Origin: Macrostomum lignano
Taxonomy: Eukaryota
DNA: 64,000 nucleotides
NCBI GenBank assembly: GCA_002269645.1
Contig: NIVC01001595.1
Coordinates: forward strand, 1-64,000
Direction: 5' to 3'
Shown: positions 43,062 through 55,266 of the stretch, in pieces
Numbering within the stretch: position 1 is the stretch's first letter
How the letters are laid out: the number at the start of each line of letters is the position of its first letter
The notes under the pieces: generated by a model
Told to the model about the DNA's origin: nothing
The model's database searches: none
What the model saw: the letters and a program-made list of their open reading frames with translations, nothing else
Position numbers and translations under genes: made by a program

Positions 43062-46000
43062 GGTGCAGATTTTACAATGCACCTGAAGCACGAAAGCATT
43101 CTCTCAACAAATTGCACAGTCGAGCAGCGATAGAGAATGGGTTTTAGACACAATAGATTGGTCTAAAGCTCGAAAAAATTGGTAGCTTTTATCTGCCGGA
43201 TTTTTCGCCAGTCGAGAAGGGACCGCGAGTTGGGAGGGGTTAAAAGGGCTGCTTTAGCTACTCAGCATGCGTTCGTGCCGCCGACACGGGAAGCCTATTC
43301 TATAGAGTTGAATAGCCGGCCCTCGGAGCGTCTGAGCCACAGAGCCAGAGACAGAGGGCAGAGTGAGCAAGCCATCTTTTATAAAGAGTCGCATTTCTAA
43401 CAGAAGCGGTACAGAGCAAAGCTGCTACCGCAATTTAGAAGATGGATCGTTCGAAGCGATCAGCCCAGGAGGCTGGACGGCGTGGTCGGGTTATCCTGAC
43501 CAGCGACCCGCTGCTGCGGGCCTTCTATGAGAACAATGTGGAGCGCATGGGCGCCATCATTCGCGAGGACCCAGCCGAGCTAGAACGCTTGCTAGACCAG
43601 GTGCATCCGTTGGCCTGTCTGGCAGCTAAGGAAGACCGAGATGATGTACTGGGGCTGGTGAACTCACTCGGTGGTAGGCTCGATCTGCGCAATGCCGAAC
43701 AGATGACGCCGTTGCATTTGGCCGTGATGCACGGCTGTATGAAGGCTACTAATTTTCTCACCTACCTAAAGAGTAGCGACCTGAACGAGCCGTATCCGAA
43801 TGGTGACTACCTACTGCACAGGGCGTGCGTCACTGGGCAGCCCGAGCTGGTGCTGCAGCTCATGCGAGTTGGCGCCGATCCCAATAAGACAAATGCTCAG
43901 GGCCTGTTGCCGCTGCACAAAGCCTGCGAGGAGGAAAGCGTCGCCATGGCAGCCGCTTTGCTGCCTAAGACCGAGAACGTGAACGTGGCCGGGCAGCAGG
44001 GTCGAACTGCGCTGCATATTGCGGCTGCCAACCAGTCGCTTGCCCTCATCAAGCTGCTGTTGGCCTACAATGCCGACATTGACAAATACGACCGCAACAA
44101 GGAGTCGCCAATGGACATCATCATCCAAATGGGCAACAAGAACATCCTGGTTGGTCTTGCCAACTTCCTTGATCGTTCAGTCACGGGAAGCTTCCTCTCG
44201 TTCAAAGAGCTGGACGATAACGCCGAGTTTTCAAGTGTCCTTCGCTTCATCGAAGCCATAGACAACGAAATCACGCATCCGACAGCGGCTAAGAAGTTGG
44301 AGGTGCCCGAAGAAGAGGCCTCAAGAATTATCGGCCGAATCGCGACCGAGGAGAAGACGGATTTTATGGAGTTTCGCTCAATGCTCAAGACAATCGCCTA
44401 TGGTGGTCTCTCGCAGAGGATTATTGATCACAAGATTGTTGACAAACTTGCCGTTGCCGTCTGCAAGCAAGTCCTATTTCGTGAGGATGCCGAAATGCTG
44501 CGATTAATTGTCTACAACACCGGATTGTGGCCCGCCATCCGCTCCGCTCTGGAAGAGGATGTGTTCATACTGTATGAGACCTGCCAAGAAATCGGCTCGA
44601 CCGGCATGGTTGGCCTCATTAAGCACGAAACCTTCGACACGGAGGACGAGATGAACATTGAAGATTTCTGTCGCTTTGTCGCTCAGGTATCCAATCTGCC
44701 AGCGTTGGACATGAGCAGAGAAAAGGAACGGGACGAGTTTCTAAAGGACCCGCTGCAGTCACTGACTCTCTGGTCGATTCTGACTGGCCGCTTTGATCTT
44801 ACAGAAGATCTGCTGAAAACCGAACAATTCGACATTATCCCAATGGGCTTAATGTGTGCGGGAATTCTGCGCAACATCCGCTTCCGACCGGAGATTCCGT
44901 CGCCAACAAAGAAAATCATGGAAAACGTTGCTGACAAATGCGAGAGCGTTGCTGTGAAACTACTGCGAAGCATCACCGAGTACGACACATCCGATAACAA
45001 AGTGGTCAGTATCCAGTACATGCGCTGCCCGTTGCATCCCTACAGCAACAAATCTGCTATTGATCTGGCTGCATCTGGTCAATCGGAATCGTTCATCACT
45101 ATGCCGAGTGTACAAAGCGCCCTCGACATGGAGTGGTACGACCGCCTGTACAAGCTGCCCTGGCTGCTGCGCCAGTTTCTTGTGCTGATGGCCCTCATTC
45201 CCTACAACCCAATTGTGGCGTTCATTCTCATCCGGCTAGAGAAGAAGAAGGCAGAGGAGCGCCGGTCTAAAGCCGCCACCGAAGAGGAGGAAGAAGATAA
45301 AGAAGTGAATTTGCTAATATTTATAATGCTTGTGAAGTTCCTGATCTATTTAACGCGTATTTTTCGATATTTTCCACGAAATTACGGCTCGTAATTCATT
45401 TTCTTTCCAGGTAATCGGCGTTACCCTGGGTTCTGAAGCGCGCAAGCGCAATACAAAGGACAAAAAGGACGAGGATAGAGTCGGTGCAACCGACCGGCGC
45501 AAGAAGATGCGCCGTCACCTAACTATGCAGCAGTCGGAGGAGGCCCTGACAGATGACAAGCCTGACCAACAGCAGGCGGACATGGAGTTGGCGCGTATGG
45601 ACTCACGCTCCACGCTACTCTCCACGGACAGAAAGAGCCGTGGTAGACCCGGACGCTCCGACGAAGAGCCAACAAAGGCCGAGAACATTTTTAAGCAGTC
45701 TTTTGACGCTATGAACAAACTGTACAACACGCCGTGCGTTAAGTTCCGCTTTCACGTCATGTCTCACATCATCTTCGTCCTTATCTTCTCAATTGTGATG
45801 GTCGCCCAGTTTCGCTACCATCCAACGCCGCTAGAGATAATCGTTTATCTGTTTCTGTGCGGCTTTCTGTTAGAAGAGTTGCGCGAAGCTAACATGGCTT
45901 TAAACTCGGGAACAATGTCGGAATACATATCGGACGGTTGGAACATCATCGATAACACAGCCATCCTATTGGGCCTTGCTGGATTTGTGCTACGTTTGTT

Positions 46001-49000
46001 CCGTATCAACACAAAGATGACGACAAGTGATCTTTACACTTTCACTGACAGCTTCTGGTGGTGCGCTCACCTCACTTTGGCTCTCAGCTGCCTGCTGTTC
46101 TGGATTCGATTGCTCTACATCAGTACGGTGCTTGAGAGCCTGGGCCCGAAGCTGAAGATGATCTATATCATGATCATACGCGATTTCCTACCGTTTCTCA
46201 TCATCTTGTCCATCGTGATGTTCGGCTTCGGCATAGCTATTCACGGCCTACTGTTCCCTAACGGCTACGCCAAAGACAACAAGGTTCCATTGAGCGGCGC
46301 CGAGATCTTCCAGCGGATGTTCAAGATCACCTTCTACGCCATGGTTGGTGACTACTCGCTGGATCTGATCCAAGGCAGCGATTGCAACAATGAGACAACT
46401 ACTAAACCGTGCCCCCATCCGCTCGGAAAGATTGTGGTGCTCAACATGATCATGGTGATTTACATCGTTATCACTAGCGTCCTGCTGCTAAACCTCATCA
46501 TCTCGCTGTTCAGCAAAACAGTCGAAGAGGTCGACAGTAAATCGTTCGCCCTGTGGCAGTTCGAGCGTTACAACTTGGTGCACGAGTTCCACATCCGGTT
46601 TCCGCTGCCACCGCCGTTGAACATCCTTGGAAGCGTCTTCAAACGAATCAGCGGTATCTTCCTGCGGTTCAAAGCCCGCGGCAGGCAGGACAGCCAGAAG
46701 TTGACTCGCGGCTTTGAGAAGGCCTCCGTGTTCCACTTCCTGCTCTATCAGGCGTTTAGTCTCCGAAGGAAGCGCAAATACCTTGAGGGCGACGTGGAGA
46801 TCGAAGACATTGACAAGATCATCGGCGAGATCAACACCAACGTGAAGCTGATGAACACCGAGATCGGCAACCTCACCAGGAAGGTGGCCGAGCAGCGAGA
46901 TGAGTGCGAAGAAGATGAAGATTGATTGGCTGTTTCGAATCAAACTGAGGACCATATTAATGGATTATTCAGATTTTGATGTTTCAGTAGCTACAGTTAA
47001 AACTCTCACATCAGAAAAAAGTCGCAAAACTTATATTCGATTTTTTACTTTGTAATAATTTTTCGCAAACTTTTACTATACTCATTTTGTTTAGTTTATA
47101 TTAACAACTCGTATAGTTAATTAAACTGACTCGTACTTGTACGCCACGTGGTAGCCCTATTGCTGTTGAACTCTGCATATTCATAAGATGATATTTTTAG
47201 ACGTAATTATTTAAACAAAATAAATTCTACAATTGCATCATCCTGTTTTAAGCTGAAATTGGCCAATAAATTAAGCTCATTAGAAGCTATGGAATTAGTA
47301 GGATCGCAGCGTTTGTACATGAATTACTAATTTTTGACAACAATTTAATAATATCGTACGAGCGTAATTCTCTTGCTCACCTGAAAGTCTAGCAGACAGA
47401 TCTGCGACTGTGGATTCTTGGAAACGGCAGTTAGAATTGCATAACAACCGGAAGTTTGCATCGGATTTCGGCCCATCTGACGAAAAGTGATATCGGTTTT
47501 GTCAATGCTAGATTAATTTTTTTATTTTCCTTACATTTTTACTAAAATCTTTACAAGTTGTCACTCTGTTTGCACTCTGTCACTCCTCAACCTACTCACA
47601 TCTCTGTCTGTCACTCACCAACCTGCTCACATCTCTGTCTGTCACTCACCAACCTGCTCACATCTCTGTCTGTCACTCACCAACCTGCTCACATCTCTGT
47701 CTGTCACTCATTAACCTGCTCACATCTCTGTCTGTCACTCATTAACCTGCTCACATCTCTGTCTGTCACTCATCAAACTGCTCACATCTCTGTCTGTCAC
47801 TCACCAACCTGCTCACATCTCTGTCTGTCACTCATCAAACTGCTCACATCTCTGTCTGTCACTCATCAAACTACTCACATCTCTGTCTGTCACTCACTAA
47901 CATGCTCACATCTCTGTCTGTCACTCACCAACCTGCTCACATCTCTGTCTGTCACTCACTAACATGCTCACATCTCTGTCTGTCACTCATCAAACTGCTC
48001 ACAACTCTGTCTGTCACTCATCAAACTGCTTAAAACTGTCACTTCAAATACGAGTTTGCCACCCAGAACTCACCCGCAGAACCTTGAGCGTACTATTTAA
48101 TGTAAGTCCCTTTCCAAACAGTACGGCGCCTTCAGTAGTGATTCGATTGTTCCTGAAAGCAAATCAGATGTTTGAACCAACTGACTAGATCTAACAACTT
48201 CTTGATGGAGTTCTTGCACAATATATTGCATTCAACAAACATTTTCTGTGCAGAAATCAAGATTATTTTGTTCAACAAATAAAAAACTAGACAAAACAAT
48301 TTAGCTCATACTTTAACTAAATTCAACGATCTCATATGCCTACTGAGAGAGTAGAAAAGTAAGTAAAATTATATGTATTATGCTTGTACACGCGTGTACA
48401 ATATTCATTTTGGGAGGCCGTCCGAGCAACTGAGGATCTGGGAGGCTGGCTGCCCAGCAACTGAGGATCTGGGAGGCTGGCTGCCCAGCAACTGAGGATC
48501 TGGGAGGCTGACCCAGCAACTGAGGATCTGGGAGGCTGGCCCAGCAACTGACACTCTGGGAGGCTGGCCCAGCAACTGACACTCTGGGAGGCTGGCCCAG
48601 CAACTGAGGATCCGGAAGGCTGGCCTAGCAACTGAGGATCTTGGAGGCTGGCTCAGCAACTGAGGATCCGGGAGGCTGGCCTAGCAACTGAGGATCTTGG
48701 AGGCTGGCTCAGCAACTGAGGATCCGGGAGGCTGGCCAGGCAACTGACAACAATTGAGGATCTGGAAGGAACTCAAGCTAAGTGTGGTAGAAAGCACTCA
48801 CGACAGGTTGAGCTCCTCCAGACAGGTATTGACTTTGATGGCTTTGCTAAGCTCCTGAAGGCCGTAGGTGGGTCCGAAGCCGTTGAAACTCAGGTCCAGC
48901 ACTTTCAGCCCGTTGTTTGCCTGAACAGTAGGAAGTTGTTCAAGTTAATTACACTCATCACAATGAAACATGAAGTTTGCTATTTGCCCCTCGCTACTCA

Positions 49001-51907
49001 ACACCTTAATTAGTAGTTGATGCCAAGCCAACTCACCGCAAGCCCTTCGGCGACGCCCTTGGCGCCTTTGGCTCGGATGTGATTCCAGCTGAGATTGAGC
49101 TCGAGCAGGCTGCTGTTCTCCATCAGAGCTTTGCCGATGGTGAAGCCGCCCAACTCGGCGAAGTTGTTCTGCGACAGATCCAGCCGGTGCAGAGTGGCCG
49201 TGTTCTGCCGGAGTGGGCCGCGTTTGGGATTCGGGCATATTTTGCGATTTGGGATCTTCGGGTTTGGGATTCAAGGATGACTTGGGATTTGAGGAGGGTT
49301 TAGGATTTGAGGAGGGTTTAAGATTCGAGAAAGGTCTGGGATGTGGGGAGGGCTTGGGATTTAAGTAGGGTTTGGGATTTGGGAAGGGTTTGATATTTGG
49401 GAAGGTCTTGGGATTTGGGAAGCGTTTGGAATTTAGGAAGAGTTTGGGATTTGGGAAGAGTTTGGGATTTGGAAGGATTTGGGATTCAGGAAGAGTTTGG
49501 GATTTGGGAGGATTTGGGATTTGGAAGGATTTGGGATTCAGGAAGAGTTTGGGATTTGGAAGGATTTGGGATTCAGGAAGAGTTTAGGATTCAGGAAGAG
49601 TTTGGGATTTGGAAGGATTTGGGATTCAGGAAGAGTTTAGGATTCAGGAAGAGTTTGGGATTTGGAAGGATTTGGGATTCAGGAAGAGTTTGGGATTTGG
49701 AAGGATTTGGAATTCAGGAAGAGTTTGGGATTTGGGAAGAGTTTGGGATTTGGGAGGATTTGGGATTCAGGAAGAGTTTGGGATTCAATGATGATTTGGG
49801 GTTTGGGATTTGGGAAGGGTACCCGAAGAAAGTATCTGAAGGAGTGCAGATTTAAATGGCTTGAATCTTAAAGAATCTTAATAGGATTGAGATCGGAATG
49901 AAGGATAACTAGGGATATTCAAGGATTGGGGATTTAGAAGCTATCAGCCATCCCAAGCCTCTCACGGTGATCAGATCCGCAAAGAACTGGCTGCTCCTGT
50001 CATCAAATTCGTTGCCGCGCAGGCAGACGCTGGTCACCTGCGTGTTGGCCATGAGAACCTCGCACAGCTGCTTGGCAACATCCAGGCCCATTTTATTATC
50101 AGCCAGATTCAGCTCAGTGATGAAGCAGTTCTCGCGCAGCATGTGCACCACCTGCAGGCCACCGGCCGCTCCAAGCCAGTTGTCGCCGAGGTCCAGTTTA
50201 GTCACGGTGGAGTTCGAGGCCAGCGAAGCGCACAGCGGCTTGATGCCGCCGGTGCCCAGGCCGTGGTGCCGCATGTCGAGCTCCGAGTCGGCGATGTGGC
50301 GCAGATAGTAGCTGGCCGGGACCACGCCAGCCGATTTGCACAGGTCGATGTACAGAGTGCGGCCTGAGTGGTCGTAGGCCGCGTGCTCGGCTGTGGATTA
50401 CGATTTAAGGTTCGGGAGTTCCTGATATAAAGAGGATTTGGGTAAGAAAGACAGAGAGGAGAATGACAAGGAGCGAGGGAGTAGTAGAATGAGTAGAGAG
50501 TGATCTCTTCATCCTTTTCTCACAAAGTTTATAGCGACAGCGACAGCAAAATCAACAGAACTGATTACACCCGCCCCAATTAGGCCACATCTGCAACCGA
50601 CAGCTCAGCCGCAGCTATTGCGCGGCGCATCTGAAGGCTGCGTACGGCTGTTCAGTCCAAGAACTTGGGGGTCACCACACCCACCCTCAATTACCCCAGC
50701 TAATGCTGGTACCCACCCATTTTACCTATGTTTCTTGCTCAAGGACACAAATTTTTCCACTGGGAATTGGGAATCGAACTCCCGACCTTTGAGTCCCGAG
50801 TTCGACGCTTTAACCACTGGGCTGCAACCCCAGCCTAACAAACACAGCCTGTCAACGAGTTACCAGCCGCTCTGAGCCAGATCTGTAAAACTGGGCATTT
50901 TTTTCATTTTTCGCTCCTCATCGGTTGAGAAGTTTTTGTCTATCAGATACGGAAATTTCTAGAGATAAAGTTAAACACAGCCAAAGTTATAAGCAATCAA
51001 AGCCAAAGAGATCTTTCTGGATGACATGATTATAAGGAGAGAAGCCGAGAGAGGGTAGTGAGGAGAATGGAAGAGGTAAGATGGGCTGGAGAGAGTAAAA
51101 AAGGTAAACTTTGAAATAATTCAGAATACACAGTGGGAGAAACCTTGTACAAGAAAAATACATTTTTGAACATAAGAATAATATTGTAAAAACTTCGACA
51201 AAAATAAGTAAGGATCATCGTCATCGTGTTTAATAATCGAAAATATTAAATACGCAAAGAATTCTACCAAATCGATTGAAATACTATAGCGATTATTGAG
51301 TCTTTATCCAATATAAAATAATTTTTAAACATGAAGGTGCATTGTGCAAAATAGTTTCGATGTGACTTTAGCAGAATGCAAAATAAATTTGTGCATGGTG
51401 AAGGTGTGCATTACAAGTATATTTAAGTCAAATTTTGATAAATTCAATAATAAAAGCAGGAGACAACATGGCACCTTTTAAGATCATTTGTTGTCGCTTA
51501 ATTGAATAGGAAAAATCTATTTGAAAATACTTACGAACAACTCGGACTTGGGCTAGAAATTTTATGTTTGTTTTTCTTTTAGATTATCAAATTGACATCA
51601 TAGGGGAATATTGGATTTTAATTTGTTTCAAAATTTGAATGATTTTACCCCTGGACTTACTTTTCTCTTCCAGGTCGGTGTCATACCCGTTGTCATCGGC
51701 AATGTCGTCAAATGCAAATTCTTGATCCTCCTCAGGCGAAAGAACTGCTCCAACAGCCTGCGGCTTCTTGATGGACTTTCGGATCTGCTGCTCCTTTTGG
51801 ACTGCCTCGACCTCTGTGGACTCTTCAGCTTCAGCCTCGGGTTTAGAGCCTTCCCCACTGGCCTCCAGTGGGGCCTGCTTTTCTTCCTCTGGCATAGCAC
51901 TTTCCAT
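36757..51907 (-). CDS. LRRC74: LRRC74A/B-like leucine-rich repeat protein with C-terminal EF-hand pair, 506 aa
   Basis: Nine exons: 51907-51661, 50390-49966, 49204-49037, 48920-48802, 48152-48074, 47476-47381, 41100-40861, 39217-39132, 36817-36757. All GT-AG and phase-consistent (1521 nt). RNI-type LRRs (LDLGDNWLG, LNLADNKMG, LDLSQNNF, LNLSWNHIR, LDLSFNGFG); EF hands DKDRSMSVTREEF and DKDGDGEINYREM. Confidence 0.88.
37218..38440 (+). mobile_element. Internally deleted P-element-superfamily transposon carrying a pseudogenised transposase 3' end
   Basis: ~35-bp TIRs (cacagaatatacacagaatgctcaatca...) with the 8-bp duplication ACTAAACT at 37210-37217 and 38441-38448. Decayed motifs RGSFND, NSNCENDD, YIGGWLLFKL...CKCDECQQTL and IRLHRW resemble P/THAP9 transposase C-termini. 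Confidence 0.8.
39985..40720. repeat. 41-bp minisatellite, ~17 copies (intronic)
   Basis: Unit ctgaatctaaaatg(t/g)acactgggccaaccacctcact(c/g/t)cca. Confidence 0.96.
41593..41878 (-). mobile_element. CORE-like SINE
   Basis: Near-full reverse-complement copy with (AAT)n tail. Confidence 0.9.
42017..42445. repeat. 16-bp minisatellite, ~26 copies
   Basis: Unit atatctcggacactta, decaying at the right end. Confidence 0.96.
43024..43058. repeat. (GA)n microsatellite ~400 bp upstream of the channel ATG
   Basis: Direct reading. Confidence 0.95.
43442..46925 (+). CDS. Ankyrin-repeat TRPM-type (TRPM/TRPS-like) cation channel, 1125 aa
   Basis: Exons 43442-45304 and 45411-46925; the 106-nt phase-0 intron joins two long ORFs. 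About 6 ankyrin repeats, then TRPM-like motifs: LTLWSILTGRFDL, PCVKFRFH, RLLYISTVLESLGPKLKMI, YAMVGD, VLLLNLIISLF, WQFERYNLVHEF, LPPPLNIL, and a C-terminal coiled coil. Confidence 0.92.
47575..48030. repeat. 31-bp minisatellite, ~15 copies (intronic)
   Basis: Unit ctcacatctctgtctgtcactcaccaacctg. Confidence 0.95.
48420..48750. repeat. 27-29-bp minisatellite, ~12 copies (intronic)
   Basis: Unit gggaggctggcccagcaactgaggatct. Confidence 0.93.
49225..49815. repeat. G/T-rich degenerate tandem repeat (tttgggat-based, ~18/36-bp periodicity; intronic)
   Basis: Recurrent ggatttgggattcaggaagagtttgggattt. Confidence 0.93.
50561..50828 (-). mobile_element. CORE-like SINE (diverged copy)
   Basis: Same 3' half; B box reads as ggaatcgaactcccgacc on the + strand. 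Confidence 0.88.
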
Positions 51908-54217
51908 ATTTATTTTTACTGAAAATTTATTTATAAAATAGTAAATTAAAAGTCTGTTTTTTTTCTGGTCTACCAATTTCTTAAATAGCTATTATTTCAT
52001 TAGCTATATATATATATATCAGTGGTAACATATGATACTGAAATTTGGTCTCGTCATGCACTTCTAAATGTTTAGAAGTAAATGTTTGTACTAAATGTTT
52101 GATCTACATTTTTAAGTATATAAGACTACACGATAGGAATCTACCTTTATACCTTTGCACTGTTCAAAATGCTTCTATTTTCTATTCTTTTCAATGAATA
52201 TTAGTTTTACATATAAAAAACCAAGCATATGACATAATAATGCAAAATTATTATTTTTGAAGTTACTGCAAAATACATATTTCCTCCTGGCCACATATCT
52301 ACTCCTGGCAGTTCATTAAGTTTGGTTCAGAATAGTGCACATATGATCAAATAATAGGAGTGGTCAAGAATTTAAAGACTAGAATAGCTAAAAAAATTAT
52401 ACCATAATTCCGAGTTAAACTTACTCTAAACGTTTCACAATGCCTGCTAACAATAAGAAATCGGAGAATACAAGCGATAATTCTCGTACATTTATATTAA
52501 TGCATAAAGTACCGCATTCATTATTGCTTTTGTAAGCCAACATTAATTTTTGGCTGAAAAAGATCAAACTTTAGCTCAGTCAAATTAAGCTCAAAATAAA
52601 AGAAATGCCATGGTATTATTTTATCAAATATATATTTGACTCTGACTCTTCGCGAAAAGAATGTTTCATTCTTAGTTAAACCACTACACTACTCAATAGA
52701 GTTTCTAGTTTCCAACAGATTTTACGCATAAAATTTTATTATATTTTTAAACAAATACATAATTAGTGGGTTAAAAAAATATTTTAAAATGTACTGCATA
52801 AGTCAAAGCAGTTCCTTTGTTAAAATGTGAACAATTCTCAACACCGTATCCGATCAGTCCGATCGAAATACATTATAAGCCTGAGATACAGAAACAATTT
52901 TTTGTAATAGCACGTAAATTAAGTTATGCATTAGATTGAGTAATATCGAGTTTATTGTTAATATTGAATTGCTAAATTTCAAACTAGCAATGCATACAAT
53001 GAAAATTGTAAAGCGCATTAAAACTTTGTGGCACTTTTCCGCAAGATGTTCCGCAAAAAGTTCTGCAAAAGCTTTTTGTAATCTATCGATTTTCACTGTG
53101 CCTGCCTAATTACATGGACTGTACAATAATTTAAACAACCCAGTCATTCGTTTCTGTTAGCGTGTAGTATAAGAAAGATAGAAAACGGTATACCTAGCTG
53201 TGACGCTATAGTGAAAGAAAGTCGAGCTGTTAGGCGTTTGGTGTGGCTCGGTGCGAGACTCTGGCTGCTTCAGAAAAGCTAGGCCAAGTGTCTCTTGAAG
53301 CAGATAGCCAGCTAGGACTCTAGCCGTATTTGACTTTTTTTATACTCAGTTGCGAGTGAACTAGTGAGTACTACATTACATGCATAAAACTGGTGGAGGA
53401 GCCGATGCGGATGTCCAAGGCGGAGAGAGCGGTCCGCAGCCAAGGTGGAAGCCACGTGGAGACCATTCTAAAACAAATATGATAAAGGCCACATAATTTT
53501 ACATGTAGATCGATCCTATCTCAACACAGCATGCGTATCCAGTTTGGGGGGGCCGGGGGCGTCATTCGTATAAGTACATGTGACTGGCTGGGCTGCAATC
53601 AGGGGTGTTCTTGCCAAGACTACACCGCGGTCGATAAAGGATAGGTCATCAGTGTCGAGACCAGAAATTTCTTCGCTGTCAATTTTCGTGTAATTAATCA
53701 TGGTGTCGCCTGCTGTAGTTGTTGCTTGTTGCTTTTGTTGCAGATGGAAATTGAAGTCACTTCGAAAGACAACATTTCTGCTCTGACGGCTTGCTAAAGT
53801 CTGACAAGAATCAATAATCAGACTGTTTAAATTTTGATCATAGACAAACCATATGGGCCAAATCTACCCTTTCAAGTTTTGCCCATAGACGAAACAATAG
53901 GGGCTAGAATGAGAAGACGAGGGCCAGAATGCTCGAGTTACTCGATTCACAAAATAAGGATCGCGAGTTTTGGCCACATACAATTTCTTAGATTTTACCA
54001 TAGACAGTCTCAGCGGGCCGTGAAACGCGGTTTCTCGCCCGCTAACTATATAACACTAATATTGGATGGGCTGCATCGGGCCAAAATGTGGTAACACGCC
54101 TAGGCGCTATACGCGCCTCGGAATTATACCGGTAACTCGTTTCTGCACATCAATATTGGCATATTATTAAGCAGTAATAAGGTTTATTTTCGAAATATAC
54201 AAGTTGTAAAACACATT

Positions 54218-54345
54218 AACTAGATTAGAACTAGCCTAGACTAGACTAGACATAAACTAGATTAGAACTAGACTAGACTAGGCTAGGTTAGACTAGACAT
54301 AAACTAGACTAGATATAAACTAGACTAGATCAGAACTAGACTATA
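54218..54345. repeat. (ACTAG)n degenerate pentanucleotide repeat
   Basis: Direct reading. Confidence 0.9.
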
Positions 54346-55067
54346 AGATTTAGTATACTGTGATTATATTTCAAATCCGATTGGATTTGACTTGAACCCA
54401 CTGGAAAAACCCTTTGGGAAAATCTCGACGGGAAAAAATCTCACGGTAAATTCTCGTAGAGCCGTTGCAGGTTACTGCATCAAATTAGCAACTGGTTTAG
54501 TTAGTGAGACGGCATTGTGAGCAATATAATGTGTCTCAATTAGTATAAAGACAGTAAAAAAGATTTTGAAGAGATCGATTTTATCAAACAAGTTTGCTGG
54601 TAAATTTAAATTTACAATTTCTTGCTGACGTGGCCATTCCCGCCCGCAGGAAGCAAAGTAATTTTTACCAAACGTACACTGCATCAGCCTATGATTACGG
54701 GATATAGCGAATAGAATGGGGGTTCTTGAATCCGCGGCGGCAACGGCTCTCGCTAAAACAAAAAAAATTGATGCGATGAGTTGCCCTGTGATTCTTTCTC
54801 TTGCACGTCCTGCAGCGCGCAGTCTCTCTGAGCTCAGCGAGGCCTCCCACCCCCAAATTCAGCTCTCCTATCGTTCTGTTGCCAAGGGGAAGCTCTATGG
54901 AGCGGAGAAGGGGGATGGGAGCGCTGGGGGCCCATGGGGGGCTGAAGCAGAAAGTTGCTCTTGGCTTCTGCCAGCAGTGCGAGGGCCGCGGGGAGGTCCT
55001 CATGGTCCGCTCACCTCATCCACCCGACAAACTGCTGGCTGGCTACCCCCACTCTACCTCTCCAATG

Positions 55068-55081
55068 GTTGCCATGGAAAC
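55068..55081. promoter_or_regulatory. Candidate RFX X-box upstream of caveolin copy 1
   Basis: GTTGCCATGGAAAC fits the palindromic X-box pattern; it lies 186 bp before the ATG. Confidence 0.45.
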
Positions 55082-55266
55082 CGCGGCGTCCCAGCCTCTA
55101 CACCAACCCCGACCGCCACCTCCGCTTCACGGATGGGGATAAAACCCCGGCCGCCGAGGCGACAGGAGGGCTCCCATTCACTTGCTGGAGGTAGGCAAAG
55201 CCCCATTAGTAGAACTTAATCTGCAAAGTTTGCACCTGTTGCACAGTGGCTGAGACAAAGAGCCTA

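Noticed and set aside
43525-46955. Antisense ORFs over the channel, caveolin and tubulin CDSs
   Set aside because: These are shadows of GC-rich codon usage on the opposite strand or in other frames.
49225-49815. Interstitial telomeric repeat
   Set aside because: Units are TTTGGGA/TTAGGA-based with a longer periodicity; there are no runs of TTAGGG.
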